This document shows, one piece after another, positions 1 through 9,501 of a stretch of 32,000 nucleotides of DNA (the first letter of the stretch is position 1; each line of letters starts with the position of its first letter). The notes beneath the pieces were generated by a model. It made no database searches. It was given only the letters and a program-made list of their open reading frames with translations, and had not been told where the DNA came from. This DNA is from Prochlorococcus marinus str. NATL2A (lineage in GTDB: Bacteria > Cyanobacteriota > Cyanobacteriia > PCC-6307 > Cyanobiaceae), in contig NC_007335.2 in assembly GCF_000012465.1 (NCBI RefSeq), positions 570,001 through 602,000 of the forward strand, given 5' to 3'. The position numbers were made by a program, and so were the translations under genes.

Positions 1-719
1 CTATTGTCACGATTGGATATCCAAGACTGATCACTCCATTGAAATGAGTCGATTTTTGATATAACTGAGCTTTTTGCTGGTCTTACTTCATGTTGAAAAC
101 CATAAGGGTCGGCTTTCTCGTAGCAATGTCCTTTTTCAGTCCTGATTTCATATTTGTATAAATCTCCCTCACTTAGACCAGGTATGAATAGTTCCCAAAT
201 TCCTCCTAGACGTTTTTGCATTGGGTGATGGCGTCCATCCCATGAATTGAGATCACCAATAACGGAAACACTCTTTGCATGAGGCGCCCATAAGCAAAAC
301 ATAACTCCTTTCTTTTTATCTATTTCTGTGAGATGAGCACCCATTTTTCGCCATATGTGATGGTGATTTCCCTCCGCGAAAAGATGTCTATCAATTTCAC
401 CCATCCACTCTTTTCGGAAACTCCAAGGATCATGTTGAACATGTTCAATTCCTCCTCTATTTACTTTTATTTGATAGTCAGTACCTGGATCTTTTTCTAA
501 AACCCCCTCAAATATCCATTCATGATTGGGATTTTGTAGCTTAATTTTAGTTTGTTGTGTTACCAGTTCAACTTGACTTGCCTCAGGCATCCATATTCGA
601 ATGATCCATTTATCTTTAAATGGTTGAGGGCCAAGAATTGAAAATGGACTTTCATGTCTGCATTCAGAAAGTCTTTGTCCGTCGTCTTTCAAAGAATCTA
701 ATAGAATAGAGACGGTCAT
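1..719 (-). CDS. glgB: 1,4-alpha-glucan branching enzyme, N-terminal part. The gene runs off the left edge of the window.
   Basis: This ORF is not in the ORF track. Hand translation of the minus strand from the ATG (complement of 717-719) stays open to position 1. It gives [34 protein letters not shown]...[13 protein letters not shown]...[54 protein letters not shown]. This is the typical GlgB N-terminal / CBM48 region. Confidence 0.85.
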   Translation of the reverse strand, partial: MTVSILLDSLKDDGQRLSECRHESPFSILGPQPFKDKWIIRIWMPEASQVELVTQQTKIKLQNPNHEWIFEGVLEKDPGTDYQIKVNRGGIEHVQHDPWSFRKEWMGEIDRHLFAEGNHHHIWRKMGAHLTEIDKKKGVMFCLWAPHAKSVSVIGDLNSWDGRHHPMQKRLGGIWELFIPGLSEGDLYKYEIRTEKGHCYEKADPYGFQHEVRPAKSSVISKIDSFQWSDQSWISNRDN

Positions 720-775
720 GATTTATAGCTTAAATAGCTAGTAAGCTTAATCCTCTACAAGTAAATATTGAACCC

Positions 776-2353
776 CTAAGAGGAAATAAGTGATTCAAAT
801 TTAAGTTTTGAATTTAAAAGTAAGAGTGAAATTGTTGTCACTAGGCAGTTAGGGCTAGGTCCTTCGCACAAATATTTACTCTTACCAGGATTTATTCCAA
901 TTGCTGGCCATCCAGATCCTGAAATTGAAATTCTTAAACGATCCCCTTTTTTAAATGTGGCGAGAATAGGTTGAAGTCTGATTTCTCTAGCACTTGTTAT
1001 ACCTTTATCACAATCAGCAATTCTGAGTACACCCGTCGAAAGTTGAGTAACAGTATTCTCTACTGCTTTAGGAATTATTGATAATGCAACAAATAGATCA
1101 AAACATTCCCTGTCACAGTTAGTTTCTAAAAAAAGAGTTGGAATGCCCTCCAGCCTAAGATCTTTCAAAATAGGGTCTGATGTAAATACTGCGACATCAG
1201 GTCGAATATCAAGCTGATATCTGTTTGCTTCACCAGCGGTATCACTCAGATGTCCTCCGATGGAAGGTATGGGTCTCCATGGGTCGTGAACTAAATTCAC
1301 CTCACTATCTGCTTCTAAATCAGAATTCGGGGCTAGGAATCCTTCAAGATGATTTATTGAGGCTAAACCTTCGCTTCGAAGACTCCAAGTGGGAGTTTTG
1401 TTTTGAACCGAAAGCTCCCAACCCTTAGTGGTTAAGTTCCAAAGATTGATTTGAGAGAAATGACTCTCTTTGTTTTTTTCTTTTAAATGAGAATCAAAAA
1501 AATCTAACTGGGTGCGTTGTGCTCCCTCCCACCATTGAAGATGAGTAGCAGGACCAATTAGTAATTTGGGATTGCCTCCAGCCTTTTTAGCTTTCTCAAA
1601 AATATCTAAAATTCCTTTCAAATGAGGATCCCACCAACCCCCAATTAGAAGCAAGGGTTTTTTTAACCAGCTACTTAATGGCTTATGAGTTTTCCATTGA
1701 GGAGTTTTGCTTGACGAAAGATTTAGCCATTTATGTGCCATCCCTTCTGGGTCATACTTTTCAAGTAAATCATGACCGTTATATAAATATTTTTTCGATT
1801 CAAGATTTTCACGGATTTCATGCCAACCTTTCCAATTCTTCTCTCTTTGTGCTTTTTGGGCGGCTAATTGCAAACCCCATCCAATTCCCAAGTGCCACCA
1901 AAACGCTCCTCCTTCACAACTCCAATGTTCATCCTCCGAAAGGCCTGTCATTGCAGGAATAATGCAATCAGGTGGGGGAGTACCTTCCTCCGCAATGAGC
2001 TGTGTTAATCCTTGATATGAAAAACCGTATGTGCCTAGTAGACCATTGCATTCAGGCAAGGATCGGACCCAATTATGAGTTTGACTAGTGTCTGAAGCTT
2101 CTTGATTGAAACCTGAAAATTCCCCTCCAGACCCACCTTGACCACGAACATCTTGTATGACAACTAGATAGCCCTTGCTAGCCCACCAAGATGGATGGGC
2201 ATAAGTAATTGTAGAAGCAATTTCTCTTCCATATGGTTGGCGCATAAGTAAGACTGGCCATGGTCCATTCCCCTGAGGCGACCAGATTCGAGATTTGAGT
2301 ACTGTTCCGTCTCTAAGTTGTAAGTCTTCGTCTCTGTATCTTATTGAATTCAT
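776..2353 (-). CDS. CocE/NonD-family alpha/beta hydrolase (peptidase S15, X-Pro dipeptidyl-peptidase-like)
   Basis: 525-aa ORF. The N-terminus is ...LQLRDGTVLKSRIWSP..GPWPVLLMRQPYGR. The nucleophile-elbow motif GFSYQG and a long C-terminal domain are typical of the CocE/NonD family. Confidence 0.8.
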   Translation of the reverse strand: MNSIRYRDEDLQLRDGTVLKSRIWSPQGNGPWPVLLMRQPYGREIASTITYAHPSWWASKGYLVVIQDVRGQGGSGGEFSGFNQEASDTSQTHNWVRSLPECNGLLGTYGFSYQGLTQLIAEEGTPPPDCIIPAMTGLSEDEHWSCEGGAFWWHLGIGWGLQLAAQKAQREKNWKGWHEIRENLESKKYLYNGHDLLEKYDPEGMAHKWLNLSSSKTPQWKTHKPLSSWLKKPLLLIGGWWDPHLKGILDIFEKAKKAGGNPKLLIGPATHLQWWEGAQRTQLDFFDSHLKEKNKESHFSQINLWNLTTKGWELSVQNKTPTWSLRSEGLASINHLEGFLAPNSDLEADSEVNLVHDPWRPIPSIGGHLSDTAGEANRYQLDIRPDVAVFTSDPILKDLRLEGIPTLFLETNCDRECFDLFVALSIIPKAVENTVTQLSTGVLRIADCDKGITSAREIRLQPILATFKKGDRLRISISGSGWPAIGINPGKSKYLCEGPSPNCLVTTISLLLLNSKLKFESLISS

Positions 2354-2360
2354 TATCTCT

Positions 2361-2630
2361 TTAAAAAGTTTCTGGGCAATAAAGACCTCTTACGTACATA
2401 GAAAGGATCTCAGCATCTCCTTCGCTTATATTTTTTTGAATTGAGATTTTTTGAATAGATTTTTGTGAACCGGCTGAAATGTTTTCTTTATTTAGTTTTC
2501 TAAAGCTTTCACAAATAGACTTCGCTTCATCAGGATTCCTTTTTACACCTTCAAGAAGTCTTGATTGAGCGATTACACCTTGATTGATTCCAAATGATGC
2601 AAATATTAAAGTGATTAGTAAACCATTCAT
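2361..2630 (-). CDS. Small hypothetical protein with a signal-peptide-like N-terminus
   Basis: 89-aa ORF ending 7 nt upstream of the hydrolase start. The hydrophobic N-terminus is MNGLLITLIFASFGINQGVIAQS. The predicted mature part has two Cys (SICESF, LYCPETF). No family recognised. Confidence 0.55.
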   Translation of the reverse strand: MNGLLITLIFASFGINQGVIAQSRLLEGVKRNPDEAKSICESFRKLNKENISAGSQKSIQKISIQKNISEGDAEILSMYVRGLYCPETF

Positions 2631-2677
2631 TTCAATTAGTTTACCAAGTTTCTATTGGATTAATTATATTCTATTAC

Positions 2678-3094
2678 CTAATGGCACTTGGGTACATTAA
2701 ATAAATTTTTTTTTGCTTTCTCTATTAAAAAATGAGCTTTTTTTAGATCTATTATTGGAATTCTTCCTGTTCGTAGAGTTCTTTCAAAGCGCCCAGTCTT
2801 TTGAACTAGCTCTTGAGGCGTAAGTCGTGAAATGGCCTTATTAGAAATTAACCCTGAGTGCATCAATAAGGCAGCTTCGCTAAGTTGAATATCTAAAGTA
2901 CATATAAAATATGCTATGCATTTAAGTCTTTTTAGATTGCGAACACTTCCCAAGCTTCCATAGATTAGATTATTTATTTCTTCATCACTAATAGATAATA
3001 AAGAATCCCATGTTTTTATATTATTTGATATGAGTATTTTTTCTTCTTGATAAAAGCTTTTAGGAAGATCTTTCAAAAATGACTTATTACTCAT
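2678..3094 (-). CDS. Hypothetical protein (138 aa), no confident family
   Basis: Its ATG (complement of 3092-3094) overlaps the TAA of the upstream gene (ATGAGTAA, 8-nt overlap), which suggests translational coupling. A helix-hairpin-helix-like (DUF4332/Cdd1-like) character is only a guess from the ...LSEAALLMHSGLISNKAISRLTPQELVQKTG pattern. Confidence 0.55.
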   Translation of the reverse strand: MSNKSFLKDLPKSFYQEEKILISNNIKTWDSLLSISDEEINNLIYGSLGSVRNLKRLKCIAYFICTLDIQLSEAALLMHSGLISNKAISRLTPQELVQKTGRFERTLRTGRIPIIDLKKAHFLIEKAKKNLFNVPKCH

Positions 3095-3626
3095 CAGTCT
3101 CTAATAAGGAAATTTCTTCAATATCAGCATCATTTGAGAAATTTTCACTTGCAGAATAATTCCTGTCTGGTAATTCTATTATCTTTGATTCTTTTAAATC
3201 ATTTATTAATTCACCTAGAATAATTGGTTTACTTGTTCCATCACCAGCGGATTCTATTTTTCTGAGCCTGACTTTGACCTGAGCGCCATTTCTTCCTCCC
3301 CCTTTCAAATTTCCGGCTATTTGTAACAATGTTGGTTTTATTGCTTCTTTAGGGAAATCATTAGATGCTTGTGCAACAACTAAATCAAATCCATTGTCGT
3401 AAACAATAGGAGCATATTTGTAGCCCTCAACATTAAAGGGAGGAGTATAGCTTTGCTCAAAGGCCCAGCAACTAGCAGATAATAAAAGTGTGAAAATTGT
3501 TGTCCCAGTTAGTCGGAATTTAATTCCCCAGTTAAATAAATAAGCCAAAATAGTCAATACGCCCAGTCCTGCCCCCACCCAGGCTAGCCATTTTGTAACA
3601 TCTTGGATAACTTCAATCATAGACAT
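3087..3626 (-). CDS. Membrane protein, Ycf51/DUF2518-like architecture (tentative)
   Basis: 179-aa ORF. It has two N-terminal hydrophobic helices (WLAWVGAGLGVLTILAYLF, TIFTLLLSASCWAF), then a soluble domain and an acidic tail. The family assignment is from memory of Ycf51 architecture and is not verified. Confidence 0.6.
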   Translation of the reverse strand: MSMIEVIQDVTKWLAWVGAGLGVLTILAYLFNWGIKFRLTGTTIFTLLLSASCWAFEQSYTPPFNVEGYKYAPIVYDNGFDLVVAQASNDFPKEAIKPTLLQIAGNLKGGGRNGAQVKVRLRKIESAGDGTSKPIILGELINDLKESKIIELPDRNYSASENFSNDADIEEISLLETDE

Positions 3627-3693
3627 AGGCTGGTTTCTCCTGAATTGATTCTTTATAGTTTGTTAGCTCCCCCAAGTTTGAGAATAATGTTTC

Positions 3694-6600
3694 ATGGGAG
3701 ATGAGTGGAGCTCTAAAAGATTAAAGCGTTGGGGACTTGCTGGAACCTTTGCTGCGTTGGGTGGTGTTTTGATTTGGAGTGGCGCAGATCTACTAGTAGA
3801 TAGAACTATAAGCCGTTTTTCTCCACAAATAGAAAAAACATTATCTAATTCATTAGGTCATCCTTTAAAAATAGGTTCATACAGGGGGCTCAGACCATGG
3901 GGAGTTGAGTTAGGGCCAACAAGGCTCCTTCCAGGGATTAAAGATTCTTCTTCAGTTAATATTTCAAATTTAACAATTAAATTTGCTCCTTTTGCGAGTT
4001 TATTGAATTGGAAACCAGTAGCAATATTTAATCCAAAAGGAACAGAAATTATATTAAACAAAAATGATACTGGTTCATTTTGGGTTGTTCCCCAGAAAGA
4101 TAATCCTAAACAAATCAATCTTCAACTAAAATTTAATTTAAAAGAACCAACCAAAATTGTATTTAATGCTGGGGATACGACATTATTAGCAAAAGGTAAT
4201 CTATCTCTAAATCTTGGTGAGAAAAAAATTTTTGGTGCGATTAATCTAGAGTCCAAAGAACAAGGAAGCCTCTATCTTTCAGGAAAGGGTTATTGGGATG
4301 GAATCGAATTTCAAACTAAAGTAAAAATCAATAAACTTAGTCTTTCTATCTTTGAGAGAATTTTAGGAAATAATTCTAATTTTATTGCAAGAGGAAATAT
4401 AAATGGAAGTCTAAAATTGGGAGTTAAGAAAGGCTTGATAAGGTGTAATGGTGGTTTATTGCTTAATAACTTAACTCTGATGGGAGGGCCTCTAAGTGAT
4501 ACATTGTCTACAAATAATTCAAAAATAGAATGTGATAAAAATAAGCTTAAGTTAATTGATTCTAATTGGAATTATGGATATTGGGATATATCTAATTCAT
4601 CTGAAATACCATTCTATAAAAAAGATAAAACTTATATAAATTCTGAAACTACTATTAAAATTAAAGATTTTGATCATAAACCACTTTCTTTAAAATTAAA
4701 ATTACCAATCTCAGTAGTTGACAGACAATTTATTCCTGGGGAACTTAATGCTAATTTTAATTTAGAATCTTTTCCTTTAGGTGCTTTAAATCCAATACTA
4801 AATGCATCATTATCAGGGAAATTAAATACAAAAGGTGATTTTCAGGGTCCTTTATCTTCTCTGAACTCTACTATTAACCTTTCCTTGGAAAATCCACAAG
4901 TTAATGGTATTCGATTAAGGGAAAAATGGAGAGGTTCTTTTACTCGAATTCCAAGTGAAAAGAAGTGGGGGAGTTTGAGAATGAAATCAGAAGGTGCTTC
5001 TATCCCAGCTAATCTTCAAATTAACTTTAATAAGGATGGTGATTTTAATGATTTAAATCTAAATAGATTAGGAGGTGAAATAAGTCTAAATCCTAAATCA
5101 AATGCTTTTGAATGGGAGGCTAATAAATTCAAATTAGATCGTGTAGAAGTGGCATTCCCGCCAGAGAAAAGTTTTAAACGAATCTTTGGGGAAGTTACAG
5201 GTAACGGATTATTTTCTCTTGACCCATTATTTCTTAATGGTGATTTGAGTTTAGATTATTTTAGATTGTTAGGTTTCAAATTAAAAAATGCAAGTATTAA
5301 AGGTCAAATTAAAAATTCAGAAACTAATTTAACAGGTGAATTAATACCATCTGAAAATGGAAAGATTAAATTTGATATTAATAATGGCTCCGAATTTTCT
5401 TTGTTAGCTCAAGTGAAGGATGTAAGCGCTAGTTGGATTACTGCTACAGCTTTAGAGTTTCCTAAATTAGGATTGAAATATTCAGATGCAATTGGGAAGG
5501 CTGAAGATTTAGAAAAATTTATAATTGGTTATCCAATTAGTTCTATAGATTCTCAGTTCGAAGCTTTAACTAGGTCTCAAGATTCATATAGAGAAGAGAT
5601 TTCTAAGGTAAATAGTGAGAGCATTATTAATCCTTATGATCTAAAGGGGGATATTAATGCTGATATTAAATTAAGTGGTCCAAACCTATCTGATTTAAAT
5701 TTAGAAGCAAAAGCTTTTGGTAAGGTTTGGACAAATAAATTAAAGATTATAAATTCTAATAAAATCAGACCCTTTAAGGTAACTTTTAATGGGAACCTAG
5801 CTTCAGGTCTGGGAGATTTTTCTTTACTTAATTTAAATTTTTCATTATTATCTCTAGTTGCGCCAATACCTTCAGCGGTTGATGGGTATTTTGGTTTAAA
5901 AGGTAAATATAGTTTAGCTAATTCAACTCCACAAGTTACAGCAGATTTAATTATTAAAGATACAGTAATTTATAACAGAAAGATTATTTTAGATAATGGA
6001 AATATTATATTTAAAGACAATAATCTCGAATTTGATATCACTCTAAGGGATAAATCTTCGGCAAATCCTGTTAAGTTAGGTGGAACCTACCCATTAATTA
6101 GTTCTTATCCTATTGATCTAAAGATCGAAAGTCATGGAGATGGGTTAGCGTTCTTGACTGGGCTAACGAAAGGGAATGTCTCTTGGACCTCAGGGACAGC
6201 TGATCTAAGCTTGTTGATTAGAGGAACCCCTGCGAAACCGGTTGCTAATGGTTTTTTGGTTTTAAAAAACAGTGAGCTACTTTTTCAAGATAAAGAAATT
6301 AATAATTTGAATAGCACAATAGTTTTTGATTTTAATCGAATTGAAATCCGTGATCTAAAAGCAAATATGGGGGCTAACGGCATTATTAGCAGTCAAGGTG
6401 GAATTTCGTTGTTTGATTCTCAATTAAGTGAAAGCGAGCCATTGGCTCTTTCGATAGAAAAAACACGTATTAAGACGGCATTTACTGACATCAGAGCTTC
6501 GTCTAGCCTTGTTGTTAAGGGATCTATTTTGAAACCTCAATTATCAGGTGAAGTCTTTATCTCAGAAGGTTCGATTTTTGCTAAAAGGGCTAAAAATCCA

Positions 6601-7653
6601 AGTAAGACTTCATCTGAAAAATCGGATCGTTATCAAGATTCTAAGGTCAGAATAATTCGTAGATTACCAGAACAAAACTGGAACCAGAAAGAACCTCTGG
6701 TTTTATTTATTCAAGATGAAGATGCACCTGCAAGTCGAATAGTTAGTGCTGGTTTGCCTAATGGATTTGAATCACTAACCTTTGATAATTTAAAGCTCGC
6801 ACTTGGCCCTTCATTGCGATTAGTTTCTCAACCCTTGGCAAGCTTTGAAACAAATGGATTCCTTATCTTGAATGGCGCTTTTGACGAGACCCTTGATGTT
6901 AGTGGAGTTATTAAACTTGATAGTGGCTACGTTAATCTCTTTACGACTACTTTTAATCTAGATCAAAGTGAACCAAATGTAGCCGTATTTGTACCATCTA
7001 TGGGCTTGGTTCCATATATTGATGTGACTCTGAATAGCCGCGTTCCAGATAATGTTAGAGACGTAAGTAATTTTTCCTCTAATGGCATGGCATCATTTGG
7101 TATTGGAGGATCTCGTTTCGTAAATGTTGAAGTGGCGGCTTCTGGACCTGCAGATCGCATTAGTGAAAATTTTCAATTGAGAAGTACTCCATCTTTGGGA
7201 AGAAGTGAGTTGATAGGACTTTTAGGAGGTAATTCTCTTGCAAATCTAATAAGTAGTGGAGGCAATGGTGATGTACTTGCGAGCTTTTTGAATAGATCTT
7301 TTGCTTCGTATCTTCAAGGCAATATCAATGGTTTTTTGAGTGATAGGCTTCAAATATCATTGTATCCGGCATATATAAATGGATCAGATTCAGAGGATGA
7401 TACTAGTGATAGTAGTTCTTCAAGTGCTGACCAGGAAGATACTAATCTACCTGGTCAACAGGCATGGGTGACCGAAATAGGAGTTGATCTTAACGATAAA
7501 ATTAATTTCTCAGTTCAGGCTGCTCCTAACCGAAAAGATATTCCACCGAAAGGAAATATTACTTTTCAAATGAATCCCAACGTAGGTCTACTAGGCTCGT
7601 TTGATAAGAATGGGAATTGGCAAAGTCAACTCCAACTCTATTTTAGATATTAA
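3694..7653 (+). CDS. tamB: TamB / AsmA-like translocation-and-assembly-module protein (homologue of plant TIC236), C-terminal DUF490
   Basis: 1319-aa ORF with an N-terminal membrane anchor (WGLAGTFAALGGVLIWSGADLLV). The body is long, repetitive, beta-rich and Asn/Leu/Ser/Gly-rich. The C-terminal region (...LRSTPSLGRSELIGLLGG...ITFQMNPNVGLLGSFDKNGNWQSQLQLYFRY) is typical of the TamB DUF490 domain. Confidence 0.85.
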   Translation: MGDEWSSKRLKRWGLAGTFAALGGVLIWSGADLLVDRTISRFSPQIEKTLSNSLGHPLKIGSYRGLRPWGVELGPTRLLPGIKDSSSVNISNLTIKFAPFASLLNWKPVAIFNPKGTEIILNKNDTGSFWVVPQKDNPKQINLQLKFNLKEPTKIVFNAGDTTLLAKGNLSLNLGEKKIFGAINLESKEQGSLYLSGKGYWDGIEFQTKVKINKLSLSIFERILGNNSNFIARGNINGSLKLGVKKGLIRCNGGLLLNNLTLMGGPLSDTLSTNNSKIECDKNKLKLIDSNWNYGYWDISNSSEIPFYKKDKTYINSETTIKIKDFDHKPLSLKLKLPISVVDRQFIPGELNANFNLESFPLGALNPILNASLSGKLNTKGDFQGPLSSLNSTINLSLENPQVNGIRLREKWRGSFTRIPSEKKWGSLRMKSEGASIPANLQINFNKDGDFNDLNLNRLGGEISLNPKSNAFEWEANKFKLDRVEVAFPPEKSFKRIFGEVTGNGLFSLDPLFLNGDLSLDYFRLLGFKLKNASIKGQIKNSETNLTGELIPSENGKIKFDINNGSEFSLLAQVKDVSASWITATALEFPKLGLKYSDAIGKAEDLEKFIIGYPISSIDSQFEALTRSQDSYREEISKVNSESIINPYDLKGDINADIKLSGPNLSDLNLEAKAFGKVWTNKLKIINSNKIRPFKVTFNGNLASGLGDFSLLNLNFSLLSLVAPIPSAVDGYFGLKGKYSLANSTPQVTADLIIKDTVIYNRKIILDNGNIIFKDNNLEFDITLRDKSSANPVKLGGTYPLISSYPIDLKIESHGDGLAFLTGLTKGNVSWTSGTADLSLLIRGTPAKPVANGFLVLKNSELLFQDKEINNLNSTIVFDFNRIEIRDLKANMGANGIISSQGGISLFDSQLSESEPLALSIEKTRIKTAFTDIRASSSLVVKGSILKPQLSGEVFISEGSIFAKRAKNPSKTSSEKSDRYQDSKVRIIRRLPEQNWNQKEPLVLFIQDEDAPASRIVSAGLPNGFESLTFDNLKLALGPSLRLVSQPLASFETNGFLILNGAFDETLDVSGVIKLDSGYVNLFTTTFNLDQSEPNVAVFVPSMGLVPYIDVTLNSRVPDNVRDVSNFSSNGMASFGIGGSRFVNVEVAASGPADRISENFQLRSTPSLGRSELIGLLGGNSLANLISSGGNGDVLASFLNRSFASYLQGNINGFLSDRLQISLYPAYINGSDSEDDTSDSSSSSADQEDTNLPGQQAWVTEIGVDLNDKINFSVQAAPNRKDIPPKGNITFQMNPNVGLLGSFDKNGNWQSQLQLYFRY

Positions 7654-7798
7654 ATAATGAATAGTTAAAAAAAATGATCTACTTAAAAAATGCTCAGTTA
7701 GATAGATTTTTATCTTCTTTTATTGCTTGATTAGCCATTAAAGGAATATTTTAAAGATAGTAAAAATTATCTTTGATTAAATAGTTGATCTAAATCAA

Positions 7799-9115
7799 AT
7801 GAGTACAAACTTTTCAGTTCCTGAGCCTACCCCCCAGCTAGTAAAAGTAGCCGAGAGTGCAAAAGAGGCTTCTATTTCGCTTGGTCAATCCACAAACAAA
7901 CAACGGTGTGAGGCTTTGACTGAAATGGCAAATGCTTTGAATGATAATGCTGATGAAATATTAAAAGCAAATGTTCAAGACCTTGAAAGGTCAGAAAAAG
8001 AAGGGTTGAATAAGTCACTTCTATCAAGACTTCAGTTAACAAAAACTAAACTCAAAGGATGCATAGACGGAGTCCTCAAAGTTTCAAATCTTGCAGATCC
8101 AATAGGTAAAAGACAACTTCATAGGGAATTGAATGAAAACCTTATTCTTGAGAGAGTGACAGTTCCATTAGGAGTCTTAGGAGTGATATTTGAGTCGAGA
8201 CCAGATGCATTAATACAAATAGCGTCTCTTGCTGTTCGTTCTGGTAATGGAGCGTTATTAAAAGGAGGAAGTGAGGCAAAAGACACAAATCAAGCAATAA
8301 TGGATTCTCTTGATAAAGGATTAAGAAAAGCAAATGTGGGTTCTGGGGCGTTGTCTTTGCTTACCACACGTCAAGAAAGTCTAGGCTTACTACGTTTAGA
8401 TAAGTTTGTAAATTTGATAATACCTAGAGGTAGCAATGAGTTGGTTCAATTTATTCAAGAAAATACTCGTATCCCTGTCTTAGGGCACGCTGATGGAATT
8501 TGCCATTTATATGTGGATAATTCTGTAGATATTGATAAGGCTATAAGCATAGCTTTAGATAGTAAGATTCAATATCCTGCTGCTTGTAACGCAATTGAGA
8601 CATTATTAATTCATGAAGATATTGCCGAGATGTTTTTGAAGAAAGGCTTGCCAATTTTTTCAAGTGAAGGAGTTACTCTAAAGGGAGATACAAAGAGTCA
8701 AGCTTTAGGGGTAAAAAATAAGGCTGATGAATCAGACTGGTCTAAAGAATATCTTGATTTAATTCTTTCAATAAAAATTGTTCGTAATGTAAACGAAGCT
8801 ATTGAACATATTCGTAAATATAGCTCTCGACATACAGAGGCAATAGTTACTGAAGACAAGATGGTTGCTGAAAAATTTTTAAGTTCGGTTGATAGTGCAG
8901 GTGTTTATCATAATTGCTCTACTCGTTTTGCAGATGGTTTCCGATATGGGTTTGGAGCTGAAGTTGGTATAAGCACACAGACTCTTCCACCAAGAGGACC
9001 AGTTGGATTGGAAGGCTTAGTTACCTATCGCTATTATCTCAGAGGTGATGGTGATCTCGTTAAGGACTTCGCTTCTGGAGATAGAAGTTTTTCTCATATT
9101 GATCTACCATTATGA
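7799..9115 (+). CDS. proA: Gamma-glutamyl phosphate reductase
   Basis: 438-aa ORF with ProA hallmarks: [72 protein letters not shown]. Confidence 0.95.
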   Translation: MSTNFSVPEPTPQLVKVAESAKEASISLGQSTNKQRCEALTEMANALNDNADEILKANVQDLERSEKEGLNKSLLSRLQLTKTKLKGCIDGVLKVSNLADPIGKRQLHRELNENLILERVTVPLGVLGVIFESRPDALIQIASLAVRSGNGALLKGGSEAKDTNQAIMDSLDKGLRKANVGSGALSLLTTRQESLGLLRLDKFVNLIIPRGSNELVQFIQENTRIPVLGHADGICHLYVDNSVDIDKAISIALDSKIQYPAACNAIETLLIHEDIAEMFLKKGLPIFSSEGVTLKGDTKSQALGVKNKADESDWSKEYLDLILSIKIVRNVNEAIEHIRKYSSRHTEAIVTEDKMVAEKFLSSVDSAGVYHNCSTRFADGFRYGFGAEVGISTQTLPPRGPVGLEGLVTYRYYLRGDGDLVKDFASGDRSFSHIDLPL

Positions 9116-9501
9116 GTCAACTTCATAATTTAAGCGCAATTCATATCAAAGATATTAATCTATGGGCTCATGTAGGTGTTTTAGAAAGTGAGCGAATACA
9201 TGGTCAAAGATTTCTTCTTGACCTCAGTTTTTGGTTGGAATTGGATGAGTCATCCAAGCTTGATAAATTAGATAAATCAATAGATTATAGCGAGGCAGTT
9301 AAAGCTGTTAAAAAACTTTCATTTGAAATCAAATGCTTAACGATTGAATATTTTAGTGATCAAATTTTGAATCTTCTTGAGTCTCTATATGGTCCAGTGC
9401 CAATTCATATTCTGCTGACAAAATGCTCTCCACCAATAGATGGATTTACTGGAAGTGTTCTAATCGAAAAAAAGAGAAATTTCTTATTTCCTATTAATTA
9501 A
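9112..9501 (+). CDS. folB: Dihydroneopterin aldolase
   Basis: 129-aa ORF with an ATGA overlap with the proA stop. The pattern [36 protein letters not shown]....[11 protein letters not shown] fits the FolB family. Confidence 0.85.
   Translation: MSQLHNLSAIHIKDINLWAHVGVLESERIHGQRFLLDLSFWLELDESSKLDKLDKSIDYSEAVKAVKKLSFEIKCLTIEYFSDQILNLLESLYGPVPIHILLTKCSPPIDGFTGSVLIEKKRNFLFPIN

Noticed and set aside
727-747. An inverted repeat AGCTTA (727-732) / TAAGCT (742-747) lies between the hydrolase stop and the glgB start. It could be a terminator or an attenuator.
   Set aside because: The stem is only 6 bp with a 9-nt loop, and no U-run follows on the transcribed (minus) strand. This is within chance expectation.
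2433-2470. A short imperfect tandem repeat lies inside the 89-aa gene. TTTTTGAAT recurs at 2433-2441 and 2448-2456 (period 15), encoding SIQKISIQKNIS.
   Set aside because: There are only about 2.5 degenerate copies. It looks like local low-complexity slippage rather than a structured repeat or array.
7654-7798. The AT-rich tamB-proA spacer has short hairpins: AGATA/TATCT at 7700-7715 followed by TCTTTTATT, AAAGATA/TATCTTT at 7753-7774, and TTGAT/ATCAA at 7785-7798. It also has an 18-codon mini-ORF (7674-7730).
   Set aside because: The stems are 5-7 bp and almost purely A-U in a very AT-rich spacer. The first could be a weak tamB terminator, but I cannot support it. The mini-ORF has no distinguishing features. 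I see no tRNA or known RNA motif.
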